This document shows positions 26,495 to 36,603 of a stretch of 64,000 nt of DNA, in pieces (the stretch's first letter is position 1; each line of letters opens with the position of its first letter). Below the pieces are notes generated by a model. That model was not told the origin of the DNA. It searched no databases and was given only the letters and a program-made list of their open reading frames with translations. The DNA lies in the NCBI GenBank assembly GCA_030694465.1, contig JAUXYJ010000103.1:219057-283056 (forward strand), written 5' to 3'. Both the position numbers and the translations under genes were made by a program. This DNA is from Deltaproteobacteria bacterium (GTDB lineage Bacteria; Myxococcota_A; Polyangia; Polyangiales; Ga0077539).

Positions 26495-29488
26495 ATGAAA
26501 AAAACGCCAAGAATGCGCTCCCTTGTATTGCTGACGGTCGTCGCGGTGACCGCCGTTGGATGTCGTCGCTCACGCCAGACGGACGCGAACCAACGCGCGA
26601 CGGCCCAAGCCGATCGCAACACGTTGCTCGACCGCCAGGCGCAGCTCGCGCCCTCGGCGGTTGGGACCCAGCAGCGCTCGGAGGCCGACCACTACGAGGT
26701 GCCCGTTGTGCAGGGTGACCGGCTGGTGGTGACCGTCGAATCGACAGCGTTTGATCCCGTGCTTGAGGTCGTGCTCCCGGATGGATCGTCGCGCATCAAC
26801 GACGACTACCAGGGGAGCCGTCAGCGCTCACAGCTCACGCTCGCAGCGACCACCGCAGGGGCGCTCAAGGTCCGCGTGCGAGCCTATCGGGGCAACACCG
26901 GCGGCGCTTACCACGTGCGGGTCGCGCGCTCGACCGTCGCGGCCGTGGCCAACACCAACGCGCTCTCACCGCAGTATGCGCAGGCGCTCAACGCGAGCAA
27001 CGCAGTCAACGGGCTGGGCGCGCAGGGCGCTGCGTTTCTGGACTACCTGCAGCCCTCTGAGGCGACGACGCATCACCGTTTGCCCGCGGCATTCGCGGCT
27101 CAGACCGCGCTGACTTCGGGACGGGACGTCCGCGGGACTCTCGCCGAGGGCGACACGGTGTTGCCGAGCGGCGAGCTCGCGGACGCGTACACGTTTACGG
27201 GACAAGTCGGCGAGATGGTCGTCTTGGGCATGAACTCAACCGCGTTTGACTCGTACCTGATCGTTCAGACTCCGTCGGGGCGCGTGCTCGCCGACGACGA
27301 CTCGGGCGGAACGCTCAACTCCCAGCTCACCCTCGCCATCACCGAGCCCGGCGAATACCGCGTGATCGCAGCCAGCGCGCGGCCCGCCGTCAACGGCGCC
27401 TATGAGCTCAAGTTTCAACCGACCCGACGCACGATGAACCAAGAGTGGTACGGACAGCCAGGGCAGCCCGCACAGCCGGGTCAGCCGGGTCAGCCGGGTC
27501 AACCTGCACAGCCCGCGCCTCCGGTGGCAGCCACGGTGCAGCCAGGGACGCTCGCGACCGGCGATCAGACGCTGCGCACGGGTGAATTCGTGGACCGTTA
27601 TCAGTTCAACTGGCCCGTGGGCTCGACGGTGCGTGTGCGCCTAGAGAGCAGCGCGTTTGATCCGTACGTGATCGTGCGCGCTCCGTCGGGAGCCCAGCAA
27701 GACAACGACGACGCCTCGCCCTCGGACCGCAACTCGCAGCTTGACTACGTCGTGCGTGAAGCGGGCCAGCACACCGTGATGGTCACCAGCTATCGGCCCG
27801 GCGAGTCGGGTGCATACCAGCTCACCGTCGGCGGCGGCGCAGGGCAGCCCGGCGCGCTCCCGATCGCTCCGATGCCTTCGCAGCCCACGCAGCCCACGCA
27901 GCCTTCGCAGCCTTCGCAACAGCCCGGAGCGCTCGGCGCACAGACCGTCCAGGGAGTGCTCGCGCAGGGTGATGCGACGCGTCCATCGGGCGAATTTGCT
28001 GACAGTTTCCAGTACACGTTTCCTGCCGGTGCGGCCGTACGACTCGAAGCTACGAGCGAAGCGCTCGACACCTTCTTGATCGTGCGATCGCCCTCGGGAC
28101 AAGAGCAGCAGAACGACGACGGCATCCCCGGAACGACCAACTCTGCGCTGAGCTTTGTCACAAGCGAAGCGGGCGCATACACCGTCACCGTGAGCTCGTA
28201 TCGCGCTGGCGAAACAGGCGCGTACGCGCTCTCGGTGCAAGCCCCCGGGATCACAGGCGGCACGCAGCCCACCGCGCAGCCCAGCTTGCCCACCGCCATC
28301 CCAGTGCAACCCTCGCAACCCTCGCAACCCTCGCGGCCCGCAGGGCAACGCGAGATCCGCGGGACCCTCGCGCGGGGTGACACTACGCTGCAAACGGGCG
28401 AGTTTGTCGACACCCACGCGATGCAGTTTCGCCCCGGCGAGAGCGTACGTCTGCGCTTGGACAGCGCTGCGTTTGACACGTATCTCATCGTGCGAACACC
28501 CGGTGGACGTCAGCTCGACAACGACGATTTGGTCTCGGGCAATACGAACTCTGGCTTGGATATTCCGTCGGCAGAGGCTGGCAACTACCAGATCCGCGTG
28601 ACGAGCTATCGCCCCAACGAGACGGGCGAATATACGCTGCGGATTGACCACGGAGCCGCAGGCTCGCTCCCCGCGGACACCGCGCAGCCTTCGCAACCCG
28701 GACAACCCTCGCAGCCGTCTCAGCCCGGGCAGCCCTCCATCCCCAGCGTCGCCGGAGGAGCCCGTGTTTGGGGCGTATTTGCAGGGATTACGGACTATCC
28801 CGCAGGCGTCAACGACCTCCCCGAGTGCGCCAACGACGCGACCAAGCTCGTCGAGACACTGACCGAGCGTGGGTTGCTCACAGCCGAGCGTCGCGTGCTG
28901 CTCACCGACAGCCAAGCCACGGTCGAGAACGTGCGCCAAGCGATCCGACGCATCGGACCGCAGCTGGGTCCACAAGACGTCTTTGTCTTTTTCTACTCAG
29001 GTCATGGCGGTCGGACCAGCGGAGGATCACGCGACGCACGCGAGCTCGACGGCATGGACGAGTACCTCTATCTCTACGATGGTCGCTTGATGGACGACGA
29101 GATGGGGACGCTCTTTGACAGCGTCCGCGGGAGCACCAGCATTCTCGCGTTGGACTCTTGTTTTGCAGGCGGATTTGCCAAAGACGTGATCACGCGCCCC
29201 GGCCGTATCGGGCTGTTCTCGAGCGAAGAAGACGTCACCAGCTCGGTCGCACAACAGTTTCGCGCGGGTGGTTATCTCTCGCACTTCTTGCGCTTGGGCA
29301 TGGGCGGCGAGGCCGACCGTGATCCGCGAGACAACGCGCTCACCGTGGGCGAGCTCACGCACTATGTGTGGCGCCAGTTTGCGCAAAACGCGGCCAACGT
29401 GGACCAAGGCGAAGGCGCCTATCAGCACCTCGTCGTAGACCGCGGCGCGGTGCCCGTCGGCCAAGTGCTCTGGACCTACGGACGCTGA
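26495..29488 (+). CDS. lipoprotein with five PPC-like repeats and a C-terminal caspase-like (peptidase C14) domain
   Basis: Signal/lipobox MKKTPRMRSLVLLTVVAVTAVGC. Five ~80-aa repeats (D.Y.F....G..V...L.S.AFD.YL.V..P.G....DD.......S.L......G.Y.V.V.SYR....GAY.L.V) separated by QP(G/S)QP linkers. C-terminal FFYSGHGG (His) and LDSCFAGG (Cys) give a caspase-type dyad. Confidence 0.8.
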   Translation: MKKTPRMRSLVLLTVVAVTAVGCRRSRQTDANQRATAQADRNTLLDRQAQLAPSAVGTQQRSEADHYEVPVVQGDRLVVTVESTAFDPVLEVVLPDGSSRINDDYQGSRQRSQLTLAATTAGALKVRVRAYRGNTGGAYHVRVARSTVAAVANTNALSPQYAQALNASNAVNGLGAQGAAFLDYLQPSEATTHHRLPAAFAAQTALTSGRDVRGTLAEGDTVLPSGELADAYTFTGQVGEMVVLGMNSTAFDSYLIVQTPSGRVLADDDSGGTLNSQLTLAITEPGEYRVIAASARPAVNGAYELKFQPTRRTMNQEWYGQPGQPAQPGQPGQPGQPAQPAPPVAATVQPGTLATGDQTLRTGEFVDRYQFNWPVGSTVRVRLESSAFDPYVIVRAPSGAQQDNDDASPSDRNSQLDYVVREAGQHTVMVTSYRPGESGAYQLTVGGGAGQPGALPIAPMPSQPTQPTQPSQPSQQPGALGAQTVQGVLAQGDATRPSGEFADSFQYTFPAGAAVRLEATSEALDTFLIVRSPSGQEQQNDDGIPGTTNSALSFVTSEAGAYTVTVSSYRAGETGAYALSVQAPGITGGTQPTAQPSLPTAIPVQPSQPSQPSRPAGQREIRGTLARGDTTLQTGEFVDTHAMQFRPGESVRLRLDSAAFDTYLIVRTPGGRQLDNDDLVSGNTNSGLDIPSAEAGNYQIRVTSYRPNETGEYTLRIDHGAAGSLPADTAQPSQPGQPSQPSQPGQPSIPSVAGGARVWGVFAGITDYPAGVNDLPECANDATKLVETLTERGLLTAERRVLLTDSQATVENVRQAIRRIGPQLGPQDVFVFFYSGHGGRTSGGSRDARELDGMDEYLYLYDGRLMDDEMGTLFDSVRGSTSILALDSCFAGGFAKDVITRPGRIGLFSSEEDVTSSVAQQFRAGGYLSHFLRLGMGGEADRDPRDNALTVGELTHYVWRQFAQNAANVDQGEGAYQHLVVDRGAVPVGQVLWTYGR

Positions 29489-29586
29489 GCGCAGACCTCA
29501 CCGAGTGCCATGGGCGTCGCTGAGAGAGCCTCGCCCGCACACGGTTTGATCACTGAATTTACAGGGAATAGCGCCGGCAGTGCCGA

Positions 29587-30489
29587 TCAGTGAGCCAAGC
29601 GATACGTCGCGAAGAGCCCTGTCACGAGCGTGACAAAGATCGTCAGGGCGACGAGAAATCCCGTGATCATCGCAGACGAATCCGACGTGAGCCCAAAGCG
29701 CTTGCGCATCCATGGGCGGACCATCGCCGTGATCGTCCCTGCAATGGCCAGCCCCACAAGCACACCCCAGAGCCCTGGCCTCACACAACGCAAGAGCGCG
29801 GGGCCGTCGAGATCCCCCTGACAACGCGAGCCCGACAAGACGCTAAAATACAGGCCAAGCCCCAGCATAATCACCAGCAAACTCGCCGCGAAGAGCCCCA
29901 TCATGGGCCCAAGCAGCGGGTGATTGCGGTGTTTGTCTCCGGTCGCGACGACCCGCGGAACCCCGCGCGCGAGCGCCGCCAATGCGCTCAGCACGGTGCG
30001 CCCCGGCGTGGGATCTGTCGGCGACGAGACAAACCTCGTGACGCTCACGGATAGCGAATAGTCAGGCCAAACGTCGATCTCGACGCGCGGGATGTCCATC
30101 GAGAGCAGCGCCAAGACGGCCGCGCGGACCTCGTCGTTGAGCACCTGCGCGAGGACCTCGTTGCGCGTCGGCGAGTCGATGTACACCGCAGCATCAAAGC
30201 GCTCATCGCCGGTCTGAAACTCAGTGTTTACGCCCGCGCGCTTTGCCTCGCGGTCTGCCGAACGCTCAACCGTTGCCAAGATATTCATGGGGCGGATCGC
30301 ACGGATTTCGGGCTGCGCGCGGTAGCCCTGCGCGCTCGCGCTTGACCTCGCCGCGCCGTCGTACGCGGTCGTGAGCGTGAGCTTAGGGTTGTCCTCGCCC
30401 TCGAAGCTCACGGCGATGTGCACGCCCTCCCAGACCAGCGCAAAGTCGTCGCCCTGCGCCCCTGCGAGCAGGCGAAGCTCGGCAATCAT
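29587..30489 (-). CDS. hypothetical membrane protein (soluble ~200-aa domain plus three C-terminal TM helices)
   Basis: ORF directly downstream of the giant surface-protein gene on the same strand. Start at MIAELRLLAG, or 30570. Confidence 0.5.
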   Translation of the reverse strand: MIAELRLLAGAQGDDFALVWEGVHIAVSFEGEDNPKLTLTTAYDGAARSSASAQGYRAQPEIRAIRPMNILATVERSADREAKRAGVNTEFQTGDERFDAAVYIDSPTRNEVLAQVLNDEVRAAVLALLSMDIPRVEIDVWPDYSLSVSVTRFVSSPTDPTPGRTVLSALAALARGVPRVVATGDKHRNHPLLGPMMGLFAASLLVIMLGLGLYFSVLSGSRCQGDLDGPALLRCVRPGLWGVLVGLAIAGTITAMVRPWMRKRFGLTSDSSAMITGFLVALTIFVTLVTGLFATYRLAH

Positions 30490-30615
30490 CGCGTTCTTGG
30501 GGTCGTCGTTCACAAAGCAGATCTTAGTCCTGACCCAGGACACGAGAAATCGATCCAGGCCAGTGATCACTCACCGCCGACCGATGCCCCGCTCACGAGT
30601 GCCCCCGCTTCGTGA

Positions 30616-33600
30616 CTACGCGCTGCGGCGCGCTTGTGCGCGGCGGCGCTGTCGCACGACCACCAAGGCGAGCGCACTCAGAGCGAGCCCCGTCTTGGAT
30701 GCGGGCGAGCCCTGCGCAGGTGCGCTGCCAACCACGCGACACGCGCACGCGCCGTCGCCGCTCAGGACACCGTTGAAGCCGCCTGCATCCGGACGAACCG
30801 CGCCGTCCATCGCGACTGCGCCGTCCATCGCGACTGCGCCATCGTTGATCGCTGCGTCGCCGAGGGCTGCGTCCATGACGCCACCATCGACACCGCCACG
30901 CGGTACGCAGCGCTGCGCCATGACGTCGCACTGGTGCGTCGGTGCGCAGTCAGAGTCCATCGTGCAGCCGCACATGCCCGCTGCGCCTGCCATCGGGCCA
31001 ACACAGGCGGTGCCTGCCATGTCCGAGCGGCATCCGTTGGCGTTGCCGCCTGGGCCGACGGTGCAGACCACGCAGGTCATCGCAGAACACACCGGCAAAT
31101 TTGCAGGGCACTCTGGATCGGTCGTGCAGCCCATGCGCGGTGCGCAGCGGCCGACAGCGATGTCGCACACGGGCGTCGCGCCCATGCACTGCGTGCTGTT
31201 GACGGCAGAGCACTGGCCACACGCGCCGGTTGGCTGACACGCGGGGTTTGCGCCGCCGCACTCGGTGTCCATCGCGCAGCCGCGACACACGCCCGCTGCG
31301 ATGTCGCAGACCGGAGCGCTCCCGCCGCAGTCTGCGTTGCTCATGCAACCCGAGCGGATGCTGAACGTGCTCATGGTGCTCGCCATGTTGCCCGCAGCGT
31401 CGCGCGAGGTCGCGGTGACGGTGTGCATTCCGTCCATGAGAATCCCCACGGTTGGTGCGCTCCAGCGTCCCATGGCGTCTGCCATCACGACGATGGGAGC
31501 GCCGCCGTCCACGATCACAGTGACCACAGCGTTTGGCTCGGTGGTGCCTGTGATCGTGGGGGTGCGATCGTTGATGGTGGATGCGTTCGCGGGGCTGACG
31601 ATCACGATGGCTGGGACCGTCGCGTCGATCACAAACGTGGTCGTCGCGCGTCCGGTCATCCCACCAGACATCACCGTGGCGACCACGGTGGTGCTCCCCT
31701 CGGGGAGGGGCATGGTAGGTGTCAGGGTCCAGATGCCCATCGCGTTGGCGGTCACGGTGACCGGAGCGCCACCGTTGATCGACACTTGGACCATCGCGCC
31801 TGGATCCGCTGTGCCCGTGATCACAGGCATGCGGTTCGAGGTGGTCGAGCCGTTGGGGGGCGTGGTGATCACGACGTTGAGCGAGCTCGTGTCGATCGTG
31901 AAGGTGCTCATGGTGCTCGCCGTGTTGCCGGCTGCGTCACGTGCAGTCGCCATCACAAGGTGCATCCCGTTGGCGAGCGCTGCGGGTGGAGTGACCGACC
32001 ACAGACCGAGGGCGTCCGCGGTGGTCATCAGCACGGTGCCGCCGTCGAGGGTCACAGTGACCTGCGCGCCGGGCTCGGTGGTGCCCGTGATGTTCGGTCG
32101 AACGTCACGGATGGTGCTTCCGTCCACGGGGGTGTTGATCACGATCGCCGGAGCGCGCGTGTCCACCGTGAAGCTCGTCGAGGACATGGCCGTTCCGCCC
32201 ATGGGGTTGGTCGTGGTGGCGACCACAACGTGAGGTCCATCCACCAGCGGAATCGCTGGTGTCAGGGTCCAGTTGCCCATCGCGTCCGCGGTCACAGTGA
32301 CAGGGACGCCACCGTCCACGATCACGACGACCATCGCGCCTGGGTCTGCACGACCCGAGATCACCGGGCGCGGGTTCGACGTCACGCTCGCGTTAGGCGG
32401 CGTGGTGATCGTCAGCGTGGGCGCAGTGACGCTCACGGTGAAGGTCGACATCGCGTTGGCGGTGTTGCCCGCTGCGTCCGTCGCAGTTGCTGCGACCGTG
32501 TGCGGGCCGTCCATCAACGCGACGAGCGTCGGGATGGACCAGTTGCCCATCGCGTCGGCCATCGTGACCACGGGCGCGGCGCCATCCACCACAACGCTCA
32601 CACTCGCGTTGGGCTCAGTGCGTCCCGAAATCGTCGGCATGCGGTCCGAAGTTGTGGCTCCGTTTGCAGGCGAAACGATCGTGATCGCGGGCGCGACCGT
32701 GTCCACGGTGAAGGTCGTGGTTGCGGTCGACACATTGCCCGCAGCGTCCACCGTCCGGGCGCTCGCCGTGTGAGGCCCTTCGCTCAGCGGCGCAGCGGGT
32801 GTCAGGGTCCAGTTGCCCATCGCGTCCGCAGTCACGTTGACCTGAGCGCCACCATCGAGGCTCACGCTCACGGTCGCGCCAGGGTTAGCGCGGCCAGTGA
32901 CGGGCGGGCGGTTGTTGCGCGTCGAGCTGCCGTTCGGGGGCGTGACGATCGTGAGCAGCGGCGCTGCCGTGTTGATCGTAAAGCGCGTGGTCGCGCTCGC
33001 GCTGTTGCCCGCTGCATCCGTTGCAGTTGCAGTTGCGCTGTGGCTACCGTTCATCAACGGCGCCGCGGGTGTGACGGTCCAGTTGCCCAACGCGTCCGCG
33101 GTGGTCATGAGCGCGGGTCCACCATCGATCGAGACCGTGATGATCGCGCCGGGCTCGCTGCGTCCAACGATCGGCGGCTGGTTCATCGCGACCGTGCTGC
33201 CATTGGCAGGGCTCGTGATGACAATCACCGGCGCAGTCGCGTCCACGATAAACGTGGTCGTCGCGCTCACCGAGTTGCCCGCGCTGTCGGTCACGCGAGC
33301 AAGCACGCTGTGCATTCCGTCAGTCAAATTACTGACTGGAATGAGGGTCCAGTTGCCCATCGCGTCTGCCGTCACGGTGACCGCGGGGGCTCCGTCAATC
33401 GACACTTGGACCATCGCGCTGGGGGTCGTGCGTCCCGTGATCGGCACGCGGCGGTTGTTCGTCGTGCTGCCATCAGCAGGCGTCACAATCGTGATCGTCG
33501 GCAGGGTCGCGTTGACGGTAAACGTCGTGCTCGCCATCGCCGTGTTGCCCATCGCGTCACGCGCGGTCGCGATCGCGGTGTGCATGCCGTTCATCAGGGC

Positions 33601-35862
33601 CATCGGTGGGGTCACCGACCAGTTGCCCATCGCGTCGGCAGTGGTCATCACGCTGGCGCCGCCATCGATGCTCACGGTCACCGTCGCGCCTGGCGCGGTG
33701 GTCCCCGTAATCGCAGGGCGGTTGCTGGTCGTTGTTGAGCCGTTCGCCGGCGCGGTGATCGCGAGGTTAAGACTGCGGATGGTCACCGGAGCGCCACCCA
33801 CAATGGTGGTCTCAGTGAGATTGGTACCGTCGTTGTAGGTCACGACGATGTCGCTGTCGTAGTCCGGTGGCGACTGCGGGATCGCGCTGCCCGCACGGGC
33901 GTTGAAGCGAATGGTAGCTCGTGCGCCAGCGGCAAGCGTTGATGCACCAAAAGGCCAGCTCAATTGCTGACGGTTCTCTGTGGTGTACGGCACCAACGTC
34001 GGAGGTGCCGCGGCGGTCGGAGCCGCTGCGGGCCCGCCGGTCACCATGCTGCTGCCGACGACAAAGTCAAAGCGCGAGTTAATTCCCATGCCGTTGTTGG
34101 TCGCCAACAGCGCATGGACGTTGATCGCGGTCGCAGGGCGTGTGCCGCTATTGATGATGGTCAGCGTGTACTGTGTGGTCCCCGCAACTGGAATGGTCGC
34201 AGGATTTGCAGTGAGATTGAGCAAGAGGTTTGCTTGGTCACCCACAGTGACCACCGACGTTGACTGCGCCGTGGGGTTGAGCCCCGTCGCCGCGAGGCGC
34301 GATGTGCTGATCAGCACGTCGCCATTTCCGCCGGCAATTCGCACGTCATACTCGACAACGCCGCCCTCACCCGTCGCGAGCGAGGCCACCGTGCGAAAGG
34401 TCATGGTCGCCCCGCTGCCTGGGCACGCAGGTGTGCTGGGCAAGAGCGCAGGGCCGCTCACAACCACTGCGTTTGAGACAGGGCATCCGCCGGCCAAACG
34501 CGGGGGCAACACCACCGAGATGATCGTGTTCGGCAGCGGGATCCCCCCCATGTTCTGGTAGGTGATGCGGTAGCGCAGGAGCGCGCCAGCAGGGACCAAC
34601 GAGCCCGTTGCGGGCACGCCGTTGACCGAGACCAAGGTGTGCGCCAAGAGCACGCGCGAGTTGGTCGCAGCCACGCTGGGCACGTGATAGCGCCACGAGT
34701 TGTCTTGACCGCGCTCGCCCGCCGCAGTAGCCGAATCGCCACCAAAGACCTCTGAGTTCACGATGTATCCGCTCGCCGGTGGGGCAGCCGTCACCCGCAC
34801 CGTGAGGCGCACATAGCGGAGCGTGCCGACCACCAAGCGACCCACAGCCCAACGCACTGCGTTGGTCCCCGCAGGGAGCGGGGCTGCTGCCGAGACCGCG
34901 CGGCCCAGCGTGGTGTAGTTGCCATCAACAAAGGTACCGCTGCTGCCATCTGCATTGATCGCAGGGGTGCCCGCGGCGCTACCGATGCGCGAGCCCTGCG
35001 CAGCGATGCGCTGCCACGGACCTACGTTGCCGGTGTTGTCCAGGGGGCTCGCCGAGTCAGGACCTGCGACGGCCGAGCCCGACATAAAGGGAGCCGCACC
35101 ACGACCATCACCGATCGCGAGCGCGACAGACTTGGGGTTGGCGAGCGCTGCCGCTGCTGCTGCGGTCGATCCAAACGCGTTGGTCTGGTCGGCGTCCCAC
35201 AGGTTGTGCGTGGTCGCACGCGCCTGACCAATAATGGGATTGAGCTGTCCAGCGCCTGTGGGGTTGATGTTGTATCCGTTGGTCCCCTGGCGAGCGATCC
35301 CGTCGGTGTCATTGAGCACAACCAGCGCCGTGCGCGCATTCGTCGAGAAGAAGATCCCGGTGTCTGCGTAGATCTGCGCCATACGAGCCGTGCAGTTCGC
35401 CGGTGTCTTCATCGCCGCGGTGCAGCGCGCGGCGTAGGTCGCGTTGGTGGTGACAAATCCCGTGTAGCCACCTTGGCCACGGTTGCCCCAGCCGTCGGAC
35501 ATGGGCCCCGGAAGCTGCGGTGTGGTAATCACAAAACCGCCAGCGCCGTCGGGCGCTACGTAGTCCGCGCCGATGACCTGCAGCCCTGCCGGGATATAGC
35601 CCGTCACGTACCCACCAGCACCGACGGTGGCGCCGTTGGCCACCGGAGTAAACTCGATGATGTAGCTCAGCGTGTCGCCGAGGCGGATGCCCGGCATCGC
35701 CGACATCCCGCGCGAGGCCAAGAGTGACGCGGTCGCTGGGTCAAAATAAATGGACGTATTGACTTGTCCTACGGAGTGTGCTTCGGCCGTTCGATAGACG
35801 ACCAGCAGGGAGAGTATGAGCGTCCAAAACGCGACGGCATATCTACGAAAACGTTGTTCCAT
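30616..35862 (-). CDS. giant (1748 aa) cell-surface protein: N-terminal beta-rich domain, 9 tandem Ig-like repeats, Cys-rich module, MYXO-CTERM-like sorting tail
   Basis: Signal MEQRFRRYAVAFWTLILSLLVVYRTAEA. Nine ~89-aa units (P.NGST....RP.ITG.TEPGA.V.V..DGG......ADAMGNW...P...L..G.H...ATA.DAAGN.....T.FT.D). Then ~25 Cys. The tail is GACACRVVGSAPAQGSPASKTGLALSALALVVVRQRRRAQARRSA, i.e. Cys, Gly/Ser, a TM helix and an Arg cluster. Confidence 0.8.
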   Translation of the reverse strand: MEQRFRRYAVAFWTLILSLLVVYRTAEAHSVGQVNTSIYFDPATASLLASRGMSAMPGIRLGDTLSYIIEFTPVANGATVGAGGYVTGYIPAGLQVIGADYVAPDGAGGFVITTPQLPGPMSDGWGNRGQGGYTGFVTTNATYAARCTAAMKTPANCTARMAQIYADTGIFFSTNARTALVVLNDTDGIARQGTNGYNINPTGAGQLNPIIGQARATTHNLWDADQTNAFGSTAAAAAALANPKSVALAIGDGRGAAPFMSGSAVAGPDSASPLDNTGNVGPWQRIAAQGSRIGSAAGTPAINADGSSGTFVDGNYTTLGRAVSAAAPLPAGTNAVRWAVGRLVVGTLRYVRLTVRVTAAPPASGYIVNSEVFGGDSATAAGERGQDNSWRYHVPSVAATNSRVLLAHTLVSVNGVPATGSLVPAGALLRYRITYQNMGGIPLPNTIISVVLPPRLAGGCPVSNAVVVSGPALLPSTPACPGSGATMTFRTVASLATGEGGVVEYDVRIAGGNGDVLISTSRLAATGLNPTAQSTSVVTVGDQANLLLNLTANPATIPVAGTTQYTLTIINSGTRPATAINVHALLATNNGMGINSRFDFVVGSSMVTGGPAAAPTAAAPPTLVPYTTENRQQLSWPFGASTLAAGARATIRFNARAGSAIPQSPPDYDSDIVVTYNDGTNLTETTIVGGAPVTIRSLNLAITAPANGSTTTSNRPAITGTTAPGATVTVSIDGGASVMTTADAMGNWSVTPPMALMNGMHTAIATARDAMGNTAMASTTFTVNATLPTITIVTPADGSTTNNRRVPITGRTTPSAMVQVSIDGAPAVTVTADAMGNWTLIPVSNLTDGMHSVLARVTDSAGNSVSATTTFIVDATAPVIVITSPANGSTVAMNQPPIVGRSEPGAIITVSIDGGPALMTTADALGNWTVTPAAPLMNGSHSATATATDAAGNSASATTRFTINTAAPLLTIVTPPNGSSTRNNRPPVTGRANPGATVSVSLDGGAQVNVTADAMGNWTLTPAAPLSEGPHTASARTVDAAGNVSTATTTFTVDTVAPAITIVSPANGATTSDRMPTISGRTEPNASVSVVVDGAAPVVTMADAMGNWSIPTLVALMDGPHTVAATATDAAGNTANAMSTFTVSVTAPTLTITTPPNASVTSNPRPVISGRADPGAMVVVIVDGGVPVTVTADAMGNWTLTPAIPLVDGPHVVVATTTNPMGGTAMSSTSFTVDTRAPAIVINTPVDGSTIRDVRPNITGTTEPGAQVTVTLDGGTVLMTTADALGLWSVTPPAALANGMHLVMATARDAAGNTASTMSTFTIDTSSLNVVITTPPNGSTTSNRMPVITGTADPGAMVQVSINGGAPVTVTANAMGIWTLTPTMPLPEGSTTVVATVMSGGMTGRATTTFVIDATVPAIVIVSPANASTINDRTPTITGTTEPNAVVTVIVDGGAPIVVMADAMGRWSAPTVGILMDGMHTVTATSRDAAGNMASTMSTFSIRSGCMSNADCGGSAPVCDIAAGVCRGCAMDTECGGANPACQPTGACGQCSAVNSTQCMGATPVCDIAVGRCAPRMGCTTDPECPANLPVCSAMTCVVCTVGPGGNANGCRSDMAGTACVGPMAGAAGMCGCTMDSDCAPTHQCDVMAQRCVPRGGVDGGVMDAALGDAAINDGAVAMDGAVAMDGAVRPDAGGFNGVLSGDGACACRVVGSAPAQGSPASKTGLALSALALVVVRQRRRAQARRSA
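31348..33750. repeat. array of ~267-bp tandem coding repeats (9 Ig-like units of the giant gene)
   Basis: Protein-level periodicity of 89 aa. It also creates a 1034-aa stop-free antisense frame. Boundaries are approximate. Confidence 0.7.
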
Positions 35863-36036
35863 GTTGATTCCTTGGCAACTTTACAAAACGAGCAATGACC
35901 AAGTTCGCGCGGGCCCCGCTTGACGTCAACGGAATATCTGGATTCAACCCATTTATTCTCTAAAACAGCAATGTGAGTCGAGGTCATCGTCAAGCATTGT
36001 TCAGCAATGACACAGCGAAGCTCGTAGGCTCTCGCG

Positions 36037-36603
36037 ATGCACTTCGCCCGCACGCTGTTGTCTGCCTCGCTCGTCACCCTCCCCGCGCTCACGCACGCCC
36101 AGTCAACGAGCTCACGGTCTCTCGAGACCGCCACCGCTGCACCCCGACGAGAGCACGCCATCCAAGCCGACCTGGGCCTCGCCGTCGTGGGTCTCGCGTA
36201 CGAAAACGTGATGAGCCGACACCTCGCGCTTCAGGTCGAAGGCCACGTGTTTGGCACCTGGTTTTGGCCCATTTTTTCGGGACTCCCGAACTTCACCGGC
36301 GGAGGCATCCAGACGCGATTGTCTGTCTTTTTGCTAGGCGATGCACCCAACGGAGTCTACCTCGCTGCCTTCGCACGCTTCGACGTCGTCGGCGCGCAAG
36401 CCCGAGACCAGAGCCACGGTCTCGGCTTCGGAGGCTCTGTCGGAGGCTTCGCGGGTTGGTCCTTTGCGATCGCAGACCGCTACAACCTCCGCGTCGGTGC
36501 CGGTGTGCAATACATGGACTATGAGGTCCCCACAGCGACCTCGCGCGTAGTCGCACGCACGGTCTACCCCGCGATCGATCTTGTACTGGGTTATCGCTGG
36601 TGA
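36037..36603 (+). CDS. outer-membrane beta-barrel protein, hypothetical
   Basis: Signal MHFARTLLSASLVTLPALTHAQ. Alternating amphipathic strands. C-terminal aromatic motif LVLGYRW. Confidence 0.5.
   Translation: MHFARTLLSASLVTLPALTHAQSTSSRSLETATAAPRREHAIQADLGLAVVGLAYENVMSRHLALQVEGHVFGTWFWPIFSGLPNFTGGGIQTRLSVFLLGDAPNGVYLAAFARFDVVGAQARDQSHGLGFGGSVGGFAGWSFAIADRYNLRVGAGVQYMDYEVPTATSRVVARTVYPAIDLVLGYRW

Noticed and set aside
27470-27520. Short tandem nonamer repeats (CAGCCGGGT-like), also at 27880-27920, 28300-28330 and 28680-28740
   Set aside because: Not CRISPR. They are in frame, encode QP(G/S)QP inter-domain linkers and have no spacers.
27641-28975. 444-aa minus-strand ORF inside the PPC-caspase gene
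   Set aside because: Antisense shadow ORF with Arg/Leu/Gly-rich low-complexity content. The + strand frame has coherent domain repeats and a catalytic dyad.
30634-33738. 1034-aa stop-free ORF on the + strand
   Set aside because: Arg/His/Gly-rich translation antisense to the Ig-repeat region of the giant minus-strand gene. It is a typical GC-rich shadow frame reinforced by the coding repeats.
35863-36036. TTGACGTCAA 10-bp palindrome in the divergent promoter region of the giant gene and the OMP gene
   Set aside because: Short enough to occur by chance and no second copy in the window. Noted but not called as a feature.
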